This document shows, in pieces, positions 22,607-32,974 of a DNA stretch of 64,000 bases. The notes beneath the pieces are model-generated. The model did no database searches. It saw only the letters and a program-made list of their open reading frames with translations, and was not told where the DNA came from. A program made the translations under genes and the position numbers. Position 1 is the first letter of the stretch; each line of letters begins with the position of its first letter. Source of the stretch: Ignavibacteriota bacterium (lineage in GTDB: Bacteria; Bacteroidota; Ignavibacteria; UBA10030); assembly GCA_963727825.1 (NCBI GenBank), contig CAVSHO010000012.1:12061-76060 (forward strand). Direction: 5' to 3'.

Positions 22607-25600
22607 TTAGAAAAACGCTCTCGCTTCCATCCTCGCAAGATGTACCGGCAGCCCTCCACCTTCCTTGCGTCCATTGTAATTGAGCGACAATTGCAGGTTC
22701 GAAGTGATGCGGTAATCGAATGTCAACTGCCACAGATAACTTTGTCCCACTGCTTTTCCAGCAGTGAATTCATAAGGCAAAGTTGCGCTTGGATCGGTAA
22801 TATTTGCCAGTGATACCTCGTCCCGTTTGAATTCTACATGTAATTGTCCAACACCAGGGAATGACTGAACAATCCTGATTCCTTCTTCATTAATGTCCGC
22901 TGTTGCATTTTTACCGCCAAAATAATTTATTATTTCTGTTACACTAAAATTAAAGCCGATTTCCCAATTCATTGTTGGCCGATAAGAAAAATCGGAAAGC
23001 AGCGCATTGGAAACTAGATCTCGTTCCTCAGAGGATTGTGTGGATGCTGTCATTCGGTCAATTTTGTACACAAAGTCTGTCTGGTTGCCAATCTCTTGCA
23101 CAAGTTGTGATCGAATACGTATCGATCGTTCTTCCTGAAAAGTTCTTTCAGTTGACGAGACGAGCTGTGATAATCCATATCGCTCGTTATAACGAAACCG
23201 AAATGATAAATTGGAGTTATTCTCAAATAGGAACGCATCTTGCGTGATTTGTTGTGAACCAGCGAGCGTCGTTTGGTCATTTAAAAAATGTGAGAAATCG
23301 AGCAAGTATATTTGTTTTGTATCAGTATCTTCGCTTCTTTCATCCACCCGTAAATATGTTTCAGTTGAAATTGCTCTTAGAACTTTGCTTAGCCATGTAG
23401 ATGCAGCTGTAGCCATACGTGCAGGTTGAAGACGCAAACGCACACTCGCATTTAGATTTGCAACCGGATAAAGCTGGTCACTTGGAATATAGACAACAAT
23501 ATAATCGCCATCGTAAGTTGTGAGCTCAAAATCATTTTCATCAACGATTCCATTGCCATTCACATCACCGATGTACTTATAATTGCCGGTTCCCTTAGCA
23601 ACTTTAATAAATATACGTTCCAAGCGCGCAGATCGTTGATTGGAGAATTCATAATAGAGATCAGCTTCCACAGCACGTTGAAGAGGAGTATATCGTGTTT
23701 CAGAGCGAACTAGTACAGCATCAGAGTTCAAATTTCCACGTAATTTGAATTCATCTGTAAACTCCACATTACGAACACTCAACGTTAACGAGCTAGTTAA
23801 AGATTGCCAGTCTTTCAACTGCCAACTGTATAGCTGCGTAACAGATCGTAACGCACGGCTCAATGTTCCATTGGCAGCACTGTCTTCCGTTCGTATTTGA
23901 TATTCGGCAGAGGCGATCATTCTCCAGAATTCGGCAGTGACAAGGCGCGGTGCAATTTCCAAATAGCGAAAACTGCCCTGGTGCAGCGAATCTTGTCCTG
24001 TGGTTGAATCAATGCGTTCTTCTGTTTCAATACGAAGACTGGGATGCCACTTGGCAATTTCATATTCTAATGTCCCACGTTGGCGGATCCATTGCGATTC
24101 ATCTTGTAAAAGTTTGTTGGATGTATTGATAATCTCGACCTGATACTGAGCTTTTGGCAAACTCGAATCTGCAATTCCTAGATTGATTTGCGTTCTAGTG
24201 GAATGAACTTCACCAGGACGATTCAGCACACCATAAGATACTGCACTATTCAGGCTCCGTATTGGAAGATATGCCAGAGAGAATTCCTGAATTTCTTCGT
24301 TGGCAACTGCCGCTTCGCTGAGATTCCATTTCCTATTGAACTCTACTTCATTTACACGATCCAGCGGAACGAAGCGTCGATCTACAAACCGATCGGAAAT
24401 GCGCGCATCTACTTCGCCTAAATTCTTACCATCTATAAATAGTTGTTTCGGATTGTAGCGAGCGGCAAATGTGAATGCATTGCCTTGAAGACTACTTGAA
24501 TCCTGGTTGGCAAATCTGTTTTGATTAAAATTGCTCATTGCATATTCACCTGAAACAGAAAAATCAGACGTAAGAGATACTTGTCCATTCACGTCAAAAA
24601 CTTGATGAAGCTGCGGCATAGGCAAAAATTGAAGGGGAAGATAATTTCCCTGGCCAATCCCCACAAACTGAAATTGTCCGGCAGCAATACGTATGTATCC
24701 GGCAGATGTATCGGGCACAAGATCCACAGGTGAAAAACTTACCGAATAGAATGCAAGCGAATCTCCCGGTGCATAGATAAGTATAGGATAATGCTTGCCA
24801 CTAATAAGTGTATCCTTCAAAATATATTGACCTTTAACGCTGTCCACTCTTGATATTCCAGAGACAGATGCCTTCATACGATCTGCACCGCTTTGACGAA
24901 GTATAGCGCGAGTTGTATCGTTCAGCGTAACATCGACTGGTGAATCCGGATCATCCGCCTCCTGTACAAAAGATGCGTTCAATTTTAACCTGTCACTGAA
25001 CGCTTTTCCGCTTACGGTGGTTGCAATAAGATTGCGAACAAATTGTTGATCAGAGTATTCAAAATCGATTACAATTCGCGATGCATTAGTAATTAATCGA
25101 CGGCTGGAAAACGTCACCTCTCCGCTGGCATAATCGATAGTATAATCATTCACATCTCCACGTGTCATCAATGCGCCGTCTAAATAGACTCGCTCACTTC
25201 CCGCAATTACGAGCAAATGATTTTCACCGTTTGCTCCCGTAAGAAGGTATGGGCCTTGTACACTTTCCATTCCTTGAAATTGATTAGTGTTGTACTTGCC
25301 GCGTGCTGTAGCTCCGGTAATAGATACCGAGCCATCAATATCAGAACTTGCAATATGATTAAATGAAGCGATACCCTCTGCACCCTGCAATTTTCGATTT
25401 AACTGGCCAAACTCGCCTCCTTCTTTCTGATCAATATGCAAATTGAAATCTCCGAGTGTAGCGGAATATTGCGGATGTTTTATTTCAACATAAACTTTAT
25501 CAACTTCGCGAAGCGTTTGAGTTGTCCCCTCTGGTTGAATCGGCGAGTTCTCGTCTGTAAGCGCTGCCGTTACGTCAATATCTTGAGCAAGTTTACCTGC

Positions 25601-26143
25601 AAGTTGCATACGAAAGCCGGAACTCAACGAAAGATCTTGATTAGAACCGACAGAAAAACCGCGGACAATTGATCCGCTTTTTTGCAAACCAGGACCGAAT
25701 AAATCTTCCGATAGTAAGCTGCGCGATTGCTGCGAGATAAATGTTTTATTGCCTTCTACAGAATCATGCCGTATCTCTAATTGTCGAAGTGCATATTCAC
25801 GTTTGAAACTGAGCGGAAGTGTCCTATATGTTACAAACATTTTGTGTGTAATTGTATCAGAGACTATTCGAGCAAGTTGAGCTGAAGAAAACGATATTTG
25901 ACCGTAGCGATAATCTATCCGGTAATCTTGCAAGCGTTTTATATGCGACGTTGAGTCGATAATAATGCGCTCGCTTCCTTCAACAATAAATTCCTTTTGA
26001 AGTCGATAGACTGTATCAAGTTTCGTAAGCGTGATAGTAACGGAGTGAAGACCAAAAGAATTTATTGTTCCGGAAGATTGAGCGGAAAGACGGGCTGAGT
26101 GAAATAACAAGACAAGAACAGCGATAGAAAGTAAATACTTCAT
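22607..26143 (-). CDS. Large secreted or outer-membrane protein of unknown function
   Basis: Signal peptide MKYLLSIAVLVLLFHSARLSA, DYTIDYASGEVTF, beta-rich C-terminus ending in F. Confidence 0.75.
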   Translation of the reverse strand: MKYLLSIAVLVLLFHSARLSAQSSGTINSFGLHSVTITLTKLDTVYRLQKEFIVEGSERIIIDSTSHIKRLQDYRIDYRYGQISFSSAQLARIVSDTITHKMFVTYRTLPLSFKREYALRQLEIRHDSVEGNKTFISQQSRSLLSEDLFGPGLQKSGSIVRGFSVGSNQDLSLSSGFRMQLAGKLAQDIDVTAALTDENSPIQPEGTTQTLREVDKVYVEIKHPQYSATLGDFNLHIDQKEGGEFGQLNRKLQGAEGIASFNHIASSDIDGSVSITGATARGKYNTNQFQGMESVQGPYLLTGANGENHLLVIAGSERVYLDGALMTRGDVNDYTIDYASGEVTFSSRRLITNASRIVIDFEYSDQQFVRNLIATTVSGKAFSDRLKLNASFVQEADDPDSPVDVTLNDTTRAILRQSGADRMKASVSGISRVDSVKGQYILKDTLISGKHYPILIYAPGDSLAFYSVSFSPVDLVPDTSAGYIRIAAGQFQFVGIGQGNYLPLQFLPMPQLHQVFDVNGQVSLTSDFSVSGEYAMSNFNQNRFANQDSSSLQGNAFTFAARYNPKQLFIDGKNLGEVDARISDRFVDRRFVPLDRVNEVEFNRKWNLSEAAVANEEIQEFSLAYLPIRSLNSAVSYGVLNRPGEVHSTRTQINLGIADSSLPKAQYQVEIINTSNKLLQDESQWIRQRGTLEYEIAKWHPSLRIETEERIDSTTGQDSLHQGSFRYLEIAPRLVTAEFWRMIASAEYQIRTEDSAANGTLSRALRSVTQLYSWQLKDWQSLTSSLTLSVRNVEFTDEFKLRGNLNSDAVLVRSETRYTPLQRAVEADLYYEFSNQRSARLERIFIKVAKGTGNYKYIGDVNGNGIVDENDFELTTYDGDYIVVYIPSDQLYPVANLNASVRLRLQPARMATAASTWLSKVLRAISTETYLRVDERSEDTDTKQIYLLDFSHFLNDQTTLAGSQQITQDAFLFENNSNLSFRFRYNERYGLSQLVSSTERTFQEERSIRIRSQLVQEIGNQTDFVYKIDRMTASTQSSEERDLVSNALLSDFSYRPTMNWEIGFNFSVTEIINYFGGKNATADINEEGIRIVQSFPGVGQLHVEFKRDEVSLANITDPSATLPYEFTAGKAVGQSYLWQLTFDYRITSNLQLSLNYNGRKEGGGLPVHLARMEARAFF

Positions 26144-26355
26144 TGAGTACGTTGAGGACATTCCTTCAAAATAGATTTGTTTCAATACCTCATAATTTCC
26201 TCCTAAACGCACACCATATCGTCTTATTATAGATGAGCACTAATATGTTTATTTAAAGATAACGAAGAGAGTTAACTGTTACAACTGTTTTGTATAAAGA
26301 GATGAATAATGAGAAATCCTTCCCGATACTTTTAAATAGATACCGAAGAATCGTT

Positions 26356-27618
26356 TCAGAACTTTTTCACTTCAACATACTTCAAATCCCCAGTCCGAAA
26401 ATACACCCAGGTGACGATCAACAGCGTCATCATCCCGCCGAAAACGGCTGAAGGAACAGTTCCCATTAATTTTGCGGCAAGTCCAGATTCAAAGCCGCCA
26501 AGCTCATTAGATGATGCAAGGAACATCTCATTCACCGCCTGGGCCCTGCCGCGCATTTCATCGGGAGTCATCACTTGCAAGATTGTTGCTCGAATAACGA
26601 CACTTACGCTATCGAAAGCGCCGCTGAAAAATAGCATGGCAACCGAAAGTCCCATCCATGGTGAAATAGCAAATATTAGAATGCAGATGCCGAATCCCGT
26701 TACTGACAGAAGCAAATTCTTCCAGGCATGCTGCATCGGTGAGAACCGGGTCAAAAGAAGCAGTGTAACGACGGCGCCAAGCGAAGGTGCAGCCCGTAAA
26801 ATGCCCAACCCCTCCGCCCCGACATGCAAGATGTCTTCTGCATAGATAGGAAGAATCGCCATAACTCCGCCGAACATCACAGAAAATAAATCAAGCGATA
26901 TAGAATACAGAATAATTTTTGTTTTAAAAACGAAGCGTATTCCTTGCTTAATACTGGTTATAATTTCATCTTGATTATTTACTTCCTGAATAGGTTTATC
27001 TCCGATCTTCATAAAAAGGAAAAATGATGTAACCACCATCAAAACAGCAACCAGTAATGTATTAGCAAATCCACTCCATGCATAGAGAAATCCGGATATC
27101 ATGGGGCCGGCAATAGCGCCAACCTGCCAAGCAGAGCTGCCCCATGCAGAAGCGTTTTCATATAAAGGTATAGGAACAAGAATGGCTCGAAGAGATTTTG
27201 ACGTCGGAGAGAGAAATGCCCGGCATAAGCCAATAATAAAAATTGTTAAGTAGATTATAATAAGAAAAGACGCTTGTGAAATATTGTCTTGCTGACGAGC
27301 AATAATTTGCAGTATTAGCGAACTAAGTGCAATGCTCCCAACGCTCCACAGCAGAATTTTACGCTTACTATACTTATCTGCAATATGGCCGCCGAAAAGA
27401 GAAAAAGAAATAAACGGGATCGCCTCAACAAGTCCTATCAGTCCCAATGACAATGGATTGTGCGTAACGCGATATAGTTCGTACCCAATAGCAACTTCTT
27501 GCGCAAGAAGCGCCAGTGTAATAAAAAAAGATCCTATAACGAGATTGCGAAATTCCGGATAGCGCAAAGCTGCAAAGGGATCATTTTCTTGAGATAAGAT
27601 TTTCGATTTATTCAACAT
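26356..27618 (-). CDS. MFS transporter
   Basis: About 12 TM segments; GHIADKYSKRKI loop motif. Confidence 0.88.
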   Translation of the reverse strand: MLNKSKILSQENDPFAALRYPEFRNLVIGSFFITLALLAQEVAIGYELYRVTHNPLSLGLIGLVEAIPFISFSLFGGHIADKYSKRKILLWSVGSIALSSLILQIIARQQDNISQASFLIIIYLTIFIIGLCRAFLSPTSKSLRAILVPIPLYENASAWGSSAWQVGAIAGPMISGFLYAWSGFANTLLVAVLMVVTSFFLFMKIGDKPIQEVNNQDEIITSIKQGIRFVFKTKIILYSISLDLFSVMFGGVMAILPIYAEDILHVGAEGLGILRAAPSLGAVVTLLLLTRFSPMQHAWKNLLLSVTGFGICILIFAISPWMGLSVAMLFFSGAFDSVSVVIRATILQVMTPDEMRGRAQAVNEMFLASSNELGGFESGLAAKLMGTVPSAVFGGMMTLLIVTWVYFRTGDLKYVEVKKF

Positions 27619-27853
27619 TTACTAGCAAATGCCCAAAGTGTTTTTCCATAATGCTATCTTTTACATTGACTTCCTCCCCTTTTAGGGGAGGACTTCTCCA
27701 CTCCTTTGAGGAGAGGGAAATATTTCTCTATTTACTAAAAAGATCTAGAGAAGTTATAATTAATAAAATAAGTAAGCTCGACTGTATTTCCAAGAGACAC
27801 ATTATTTTTTCGTAATAATATGCTTTTAGTGATTCTATTTTCAGACATAATAA

Positions 27854-27891
27854 AAAAGAAGCCCGTAAGCGTAATACTCACGGGCTTCTTT
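27854..27891 (-). terminator. Intrinsic terminator after the tRNA-Leu / GIY-YIG / tRNA-copy unit
   Basis: AAAGAAGCCCGT..ACGGGCTTCTTT stem, with a T-run on the minus strand. Confidence 0.7.
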
Positions 27892-27892
27892 G

Positions 27893-27995
27893 TGCCGAAG
27901 GGGGGACTCGAACCCCCACTCGATTTGAGTCGAACCTCGTAGAACGAGGCAAGCTGTATTTTGAGTCCAGTTTATCCCGACAAAGTCGGGACGCG
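27893..27995 (-). pseudogene. Partial 3' copy of tRNA-Leu interrupted by two hairpin insertions (27935-27953, 27971-27991)
   Basis: Matches the 3' portion of the tRNA at 28243 onward except for one substitution and the inserts CCTCGTAGAACGAGGCAAG and TTTATCCCGACAAAGTCGGGA. Confidence 0.88.
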
Positions 27996-28238
27996 CCTTT
28001 TCGTCAGTAACGAGTTCAATTCATAATGACCCGGTCCACTTTTAAGAAATTTCTCTCTTTTTCTTGCTTGCTGTCGATTAGGACATTCTTCTGTAAGAAG
28101 TAGTTGGAACGGTCGTCTATTTTTTGTCGATGGTACTTTTCCCTGATTGTGACGTATTAACCGCTTCTCTACATCTTCCGTCATTCCGATGTAAAGATTA
28201 TTATCTTTTAGAGATTTTAATACGTACACAAAAAACAT
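27972..28238 (-). CDS. Small stand-alone GIY-YIG nuclease
   Basis: VYVLKS..LYIGMT..RLIRHNQG..TKNRRPF..AR.REKFLKSG, 88 aa. Confidence 0.9.
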   Translation of the reverse strand: MFFVYVLKSLKDNNLYIGMTEDVEKRLIRHNQGKVPSTKNRRPFQLLLTEECPNRQQARKREKFLKSGPGHYELNSLLTKRRVPTLSG

Positions 28239-28242
28239 TCAG

Positions 28243-28328
28243 TGCCGAAGGGGGGACTCGAACCCCCACTCGATTTGAGTCGAACTGGATTTTGAGTCCA
28301 GCGCGTCTACCAGTTCCGCCACTTCGGC
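28243..28328 (-). tRNA. tRNA-Leu(CAA)
   Basis: GCCGAAGTGGCGGAACTGGTAGACGCGCTGGACT-CAA-AATCCAG..GGTTCGAGTCCCCCCTTCGGCA with a long variable arm. Confidence 0.95.
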
Positions 28329-28341
28329 GCTTCGTTTATTA

Positions 28342-28370
28342 AATATATCAAGGAATGACCTGCGAAACAA
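28342..28370 (-). promoter_or_regulatory. Candidate sigma70 promoter for tRNA-Leu
   Basis: TTGTTT-17 bp-TATATT on the minus strand just upstream of the tRNA. Confidence 0.45.
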
Positions 28371-28564
28371 GTTTTTTTCTTCAACAACTCTCAGAGTGTT
28401 TGAAAATTTCAAACTCACTACTTCGATACTAACTCGTCTGCTCTACATTCTAGCGGGACGAATTATATTCAAAAGAACAGTTGCCAAATGGAACTGTACG
28501 GCATCCTGCAATTTATTACTTTGAGCGGTAGAATACTTTGGAAGTCTTATGTAACGCATTAAAC

Positions 28565-29443
28565 TTAATTTCCCACACCCTCGCTGATAAACTTGCGAAC
28601 GGAAATCATACTTCCCAGCAATCCAAGGAGGCAGCCAATGCCTATGATAATGCCGTAGTAATAAGGCTGAACGCGGACAAATTCTGATAGCGAGACGGTC
28701 AACCACTGTTCTAAATATTTAAATAGCGTATAAATAATTCCAGCGGCGATTGCTCCTCCCAGCAGGCCCTGAAGAAATCCTTCCAGTAAAAATGGCGTAC
28801 GAATAAAGCTTCGCGTTGCACCAATAAGTTTCATTGTCTGTATAATTTTACGCTTTGCATAAATGGCAAGACGGATAGTGTTAGCTACTAAAATGACAGA
28901 TGAAATAGTGATAAAGATTCCAACACCAAGCGTAATCCAAAGAAACAACATCGCCCGCTGATCCAGCATTTCCAACAATTGTTTCCGGTAGATTACATCA
29001 TCCACGCCTTTGATGGATTTTACCTGACTGGAAATTACTTCAGCATGTTTTGCCGTCTTATAGCCGTCTTTTAAGAATATTTTGAGAGACGCCGGCAGCG
29101 GGTTGAAATTCAAAACTTTATAAATATCTTCGCCGAACTCTTCATTAAATATTTTCGCTGCTTCTTCTTTTGAAACGTAGCGAACCTCGCGCACGCCTTC
29201 CAGCATTTCTACTTGTCCTTTAACCTCGGTTACCTGATCGTTGGTGATTTGGTCGTTCAAAAACGCCTCCATTTCTACCTTTTCACGCAGCGATTTGACA
29301 AAACCATTTACATTCAAAAATAGAATTGTAAAAAAACTCAGCAGCAATAACGATACGCAAATAGTAAAAATTGCGGCAAACATCGACAGTTTGGCTCGCT
29401 TGAAACCTGAAAATCCCTCTTTTAAAACATATCCTAGTTGCAT
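28565..29443 (-). CDS. ftsX: Cell division permease FtsX
   Basis: NPLPASL, NTIRLAIYAKR, MKLIGATRSFIRTPFLLEG. Confidence 0.92.
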   Translation of the reverse strand: MQLGYVLKEGFSGFKRAKLSMFAAIFTICVSLLLLSFFTILFLNVNGFVKSLREKVEMEAFLNDQITNDQVTEVKGQVEMLEGVREVRYVSKEEAAKIFNEEFGEDIYKVLNFNPLPASLKIFLKDGYKTAKHAEVISSQVKSIKGVDDVIYRKQLLEMLDQRAMLFLWITLGVGIFITISSVILVANTIRLAIYAKRKIIQTMKLIGATRSFIRTPFLLEGFLQGLLGGAIAAGIIYTLFKYLEQWLTVSLSEFVRVQPYYYGIIIGIGCLLGLLGSMISVRKFISEGVGN

Positions 29444-29450
29444 ATTACTC

Positions 29451-30291
29451 TCACTTGCTATGGCGTGAAATAGCGGAATCGTCAAACGGCTGGTAACTCC
29501 CCAGCACGCGCACAAAAGAACAAACTTCTTCTAAATGATTTAATGCCTGACTCAGTGGATCTCGTTTAGGTATCCCTTCCACATCCAAATAGAAGAGATA
29601 TTCCCACGGTTTGCCGATTATCGGACGTGATTCAATTTTCAGTAAATTAATATCCCGCAATGCAAATACAGCAAGCGCTTTGAAGAGTGCGCCGGGAATA
29701 TCTTTTGCTGCAAATACGATTGAAGTCTTGACTTTGCCGAGCGGTTGAACCTGTTTTCGCGAGAGTGCAATGAAGCGTGTGAAATTGCGATGGTCACTCT
29801 CAACGTTTCGTTCCAGAATATGCAGTCCGTACGCACGCGCTGCTTGTTCGCTGGCGATAGCCGCTGCATCATTGCGTTTTCGTTCCTGGATAAACCGAGC
29901 AGCCGCTGCCGTATCATGCACGGCTTCCACTTTTACATCTTTTTAGTGTGCTGAGAAAGTTCTCGCACTGGCCAATCGCTTGCAATTGCGAGTAGATCGT
30001 GCGAATGCTATTCCGTTTTGCTTCGGGCAAAGCCATCAAATGCAGTTCGATGCGGAGTTTTACTTCACCGATTATAAAAAGCTTATGCTTCAGAAGAAGA
30101 TCGTACACCTGATGGATACTGCCGAATAGCGAATTCTCAATCGGCACAATGCCAAAGCTTGCGGGATGATGTTCGGCATCTGAAAAGACATCGGAAAAAG
30201 CAGGCAATGGTTTTAATATAGCATGGGCCCCAAAGAATTTTCGCGCTGCTTGTTCACTAAACGCACCTGGTTCACCCTGATAAGCGATCAT
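29451..30291 (-). CDS. pheA: Prephenate dehydratase, frameshifted in a homopolymer near 29940
   Basis: IAYQGEPGAFSE, VPIENS, NFTRF and LKIESRP spread over two overlapping ORFs. Confidence 0.9.
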
Positions 30292-30309
30292 AAGTAATTT
30301 CCCATTAAG

Positions 30310-30819
30310 TTAAAAATTTGATTCATCATCCCATCGGACAATCTTCCATGGATCCTGTGCTTGATTGCGTACCAATGTAAGATTAACATATCCGTCCACA
30401 TAAACAATATCACTCGGATTGAACGTAACCGTCAAATTAAACCCCCGCTTAATCATTTCTTGTGTATTGGTAGAATCAACGGAAGACGATGCTATATCAT
30501 TCCATAAAATATCCAATCGCTGAGCATTCTGGAATAGTCCGTATGTTGTCCGCATCTCCTCATCTCTTCCCCAAGTTACATCGACACCCATATCATAATC
30601 GTGATAAACAAATGTAAAGTTCCCGTCAAGAAGTTGTCCATAAATTGATGTATCGCGAACAGTGTAAGCATATTTGAAGTTTTGAAATATACCGTCGGCC
30701 GTTTTTTGGTCGCTCAGGAGCGATGATGTTTCTCCAGAAGAATCATCCAACCCAGGTGCGAATGGATTACAGGCAGCCAGTACCAAGATGAATGGTATGG
30801 AAATAAAGATGAATTTCAT
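30310..30819 (-). CDS. Lipoprotein of unknown function
   Basis: Lipobox LAAC; C-terminal WKIVRWDD. Confidence 0.75.
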   Translation of the reverse strand: MKFIFISIPFILVLAACNPFAPGLDDSSGETSSLLSDQKTADGIFQNFKYAYTVRDTSIYGQLLDGNFTFVYHDYDMGVDVTWGRDEEMRTTYGLFQNAQRLDILWNDIASSSVDSTNTQEMIKRGFNLTVTFNPSDIVYVDGYVNLTLVRNQAQDPWKIVRWDDESNF

Positions 30820-30822
30820 TAG

Positions 30823-31406
30823 TCACCATTGTGAATAAGCAATCCCCTTTAAGTCGCTCCATGTTGAGTCGGATACATTTACAGCAACATCCACCCACTG
30901 ATTGATATACCATAATCCCGATACTTGCGTAAGTGTATATTGCACTTGTCCGTTAGAATTTTTTAACCGACGCCTGCTTCCACTGGAAGAGTCAAATGAT
31001 AAGCAGTTTCCACCTGACTTATATTATTGTTATATGTCGGCGTATAAGGATCAAACACTAAAACCACTCTAGAATTATTTGAGAAGTGATTAATAATTTT
31101 TTCGAAGCATTGCTGTTCTTGCGCTTTATTCCAAGCCGTCCAATCAATACCGCCGTATTTGTTTTTAGCGTCAGTTGATGGGATAAAACTAAAAGAAGCA
31201 TCCGAAAATGATTTAGCATAGTTGACAGAATTTCCGTCCTGGAACGCGTTCACCATATTCTGCAATACTATTGATACATCTGTCGGAGGAACGTAATTTG
31301 AACTCTGTTGCGACGGCTCCTCCGGTGTTCTAGTCTTAAACAAATCACAGGATATCAAACTGAAACACAACATTATATTTATAGCCATAACAAAACTGCG
31401 CAGCAT
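30823..31406 (-). CDS. Lipoprotein, probable paralogue of its neighbour, frameshifted near 30950-30965
   Basis: Lipobox LISC; the C-terminus GQVQYTL..WYINQWVD..TWSDLKG continues in another frame to TGA at 30823. Confidence 0.65.
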
Positions 31407-31416
31407 CAAAGTTCCT

Positions 31417-32016
31417 TTATACAACGATGCGGCCTTCAAACGCTCTGGAAAGAGTCGCTTCGTCTGCAAATTCAAGATCAGAGCCGACCGGTAAACCACG
31501 TGCAATACGTGTTACCTTTATTCCCAGCGGTTTTAACAACCGGGAAAGATAGAGTGTTGTTGTTTCTCCTTCCACATTTGGGTTAAGCGCCAAGATAATT
31601 TCTTCGATTGTTGAAGTAGAAATACGCTGCAACAATTCCTTAATCTTCAACTCGTCGGGACCAATGCCGTCTAACGGTGAAAGTGCTCCCCCTAAGACAT
31701 GGTACAAACCTTTAAACTCGTTCGTCTTTTCAATAGCAAGGACATCGTGCGGCTCTTCGACAACACAGATTGAAGACCGTTCGCGTTTAGTATTAGAACA
31801 AATTGCACATGGATCGGTTTCAGTGATATTTGAGCAGATAGTACAATACCGTACTTTATCTTTCACATTAACCAATGCTTTTGCCATCGTAACGACTTCA
31901 TCGCGCGACATTTTCAAAACATAGAGGGCAAGACGCTGCGCAGTCTTCCTTCCTATACCCGGAAGTTGTGCAAATTGTTCAGCGAGTTGTTCAATTGATT
32001 CAGCAGTATAAAACAT
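31417..32016 (-). CDS. recR: Recombination mediator RecR
   Basis: [14 protein letters not shown]4 zinc finger, TOPRIM EGETT and IARGLPVG. Confidence 0.97.
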   Translation of the reverse strand: MFYTAESIEQLAEQFAQLPGIGRKTAQRLALYVLKMSRDEVVTMAKALVNVKDKVRYCTICSNITETDPCAICSNTKRERSSICVVEEPHDVLAIEKTNEFKGLYHVLGGALSPLDGIGPDELKIKELLQRISTSTIEEIILALNPNVEGETTTLYLSRLLKPLGIKVTRIARGLPVGSDLEFADEATLSRAFEGRIVV

Positions 32017-32074
32017 TATCAGATCTCATAGGTGCAAGGATTATCAAGAATTAAAATTTTAAGAGTTTTTATGA

Positions 32075-32419
32075 TTAAAAACCGGGAAGCTTCATACCGG
32101 GAATATTGGGTATCATTCCGCCGGTCGCTTTTTGCATTTCTTCCGCTGCCATTGCAGTTGATCGCTCCAATGCTTGATTTACAGCCGCTAGAACTAAATC
32201 CTCCAGCATCTCTTTCTCATCCGGATTTATTACTTCTTTCTCAATTTCAATTTTGATGATATGCTGTTTGCCATTGGCATTTACCCTCACCATACCTCCA
32301 CCGGCTTCGGCTGCAACAGTTTTGCTTTCAAGTTCCGCCTGAACTTGATCCATCTTCTCCTGCATTTTCTGCACTTGCTTCATCATTTGCTGCATATTCG
32401 GCATGCCGCCTTTGAACAT
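32075..32419 (-). CDS. ybaB: YbaB/EbfC nucleoid-associated protein
   Basis: AGGGMVRV and [12 protein letters not shown]; adjacent to recR. Confidence 0.95.
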   Translation of the reverse strand: MFKGGMPNMQQMMKQVQKMQEKMDQVQAELESKTVAAEAGGGMVRVNANGKQHIIKIEIEKEVINPDEKEMLEDLVLAAVNQALERSTAMAAEEMQKATGGMIPNIPGMKLPGF

Positions 32420-32516
32420 TTTTTTGTCTCCTATATTTTTATTCTTAAATAATTTTCTGCGTCAATATACCCCGAAATGGAAGGAAAGTCAACGCACGAA
32501 ATTTTAAACGCCTATA

Positions 32517-32546
32517 TTGACTTTCGGAAAAAAATGGAGATATATT
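32517..32546 (+). promoter_or_regulatory. Candidate sigma70 promoter upstream of the tRNA-Asn tandem locus
   Basis: TTGACT-18 bp-TATATT. Confidence 0.5.
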
Positions 32547-32590
32547 AAGGTAAAGCTCATCAGTATTGATGAGTTTTTTAAATGATGTGA

Positions 32591-32836
32591 TTCCGCGATA
32601 GCTCAATGGTAGAGCATGCGGTCCGATCATCGCACAAGCGATGATCGAGATCTCGTCCCGATAAAATCGGGACGGACTGTTAACCAGACTTTGAAATAGG
32701 GAATTATTTTTCATTCCGCGATAGCTCAATGGTAGAGCATGCGGTCCGATCATCGCACAAGCGATGATCGAGATCTCGTCCCGATAAAATCGGGACGGAC
32801 TGTTAACCAGACTTTGAAATAGGGAATTATTTTTCA
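32591..32836 (+). repeat. Two 123-bp tandem units, each a 5' half of tRNA-Asn with a 55-bp multi-hairpin insert
   Basis: TTCCGCGATAGCTCAATGGTAGAGCATGCGG starts at 32591, 32714 and 32837 (period 123). The insert at 32622-32676 is absent from the real tRNA. Confidence 0.92.
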
Positions 32837-32837
32837 T

Positions 32838-32912
32838 TCCGCGATAGCTCAATGGTAGAGCATGCGGCTGTTAACCGCAGGGTTGTAGGTTCGAGTCCTA
32901 CTCGCGGAGCCA
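32838..32912 (+). tRNA. tRNA-Asn(GTT)
   Basis: TCCGCGATAGCTCAATGGTAGAGCATGCGGCT-GTT-AACCGCAGGGTTGTAGGTTCGAGTCCTACTCGCGGAGCCA. Confidence 0.96.
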
Positions 32913-32974
32913 ATTCATTTTGCCGTACCGCAGACGGGATTTGTTGTTTATAAGAGACTAACTCAAAACTACCT

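Noticed and set aside
27893-28328. Classical integrase-driven island or prophage at tRNA-Leu
   Set aside because: The att-like repeat encloses only about 250 bp and there is no recombinase.
32622-32676. tRNA intron (group I or bulge-helix-bulge type)
   Set aside because: It is far too short for group I, the host copies lack the tRNA 3' half, and an intact gene is adjacent.
32445-32852. 135-aa ORF with a 41-aa internal repeat
   Set aside because: It is the antisense reading of the 123-bp tRNA-derived tandem repeat.
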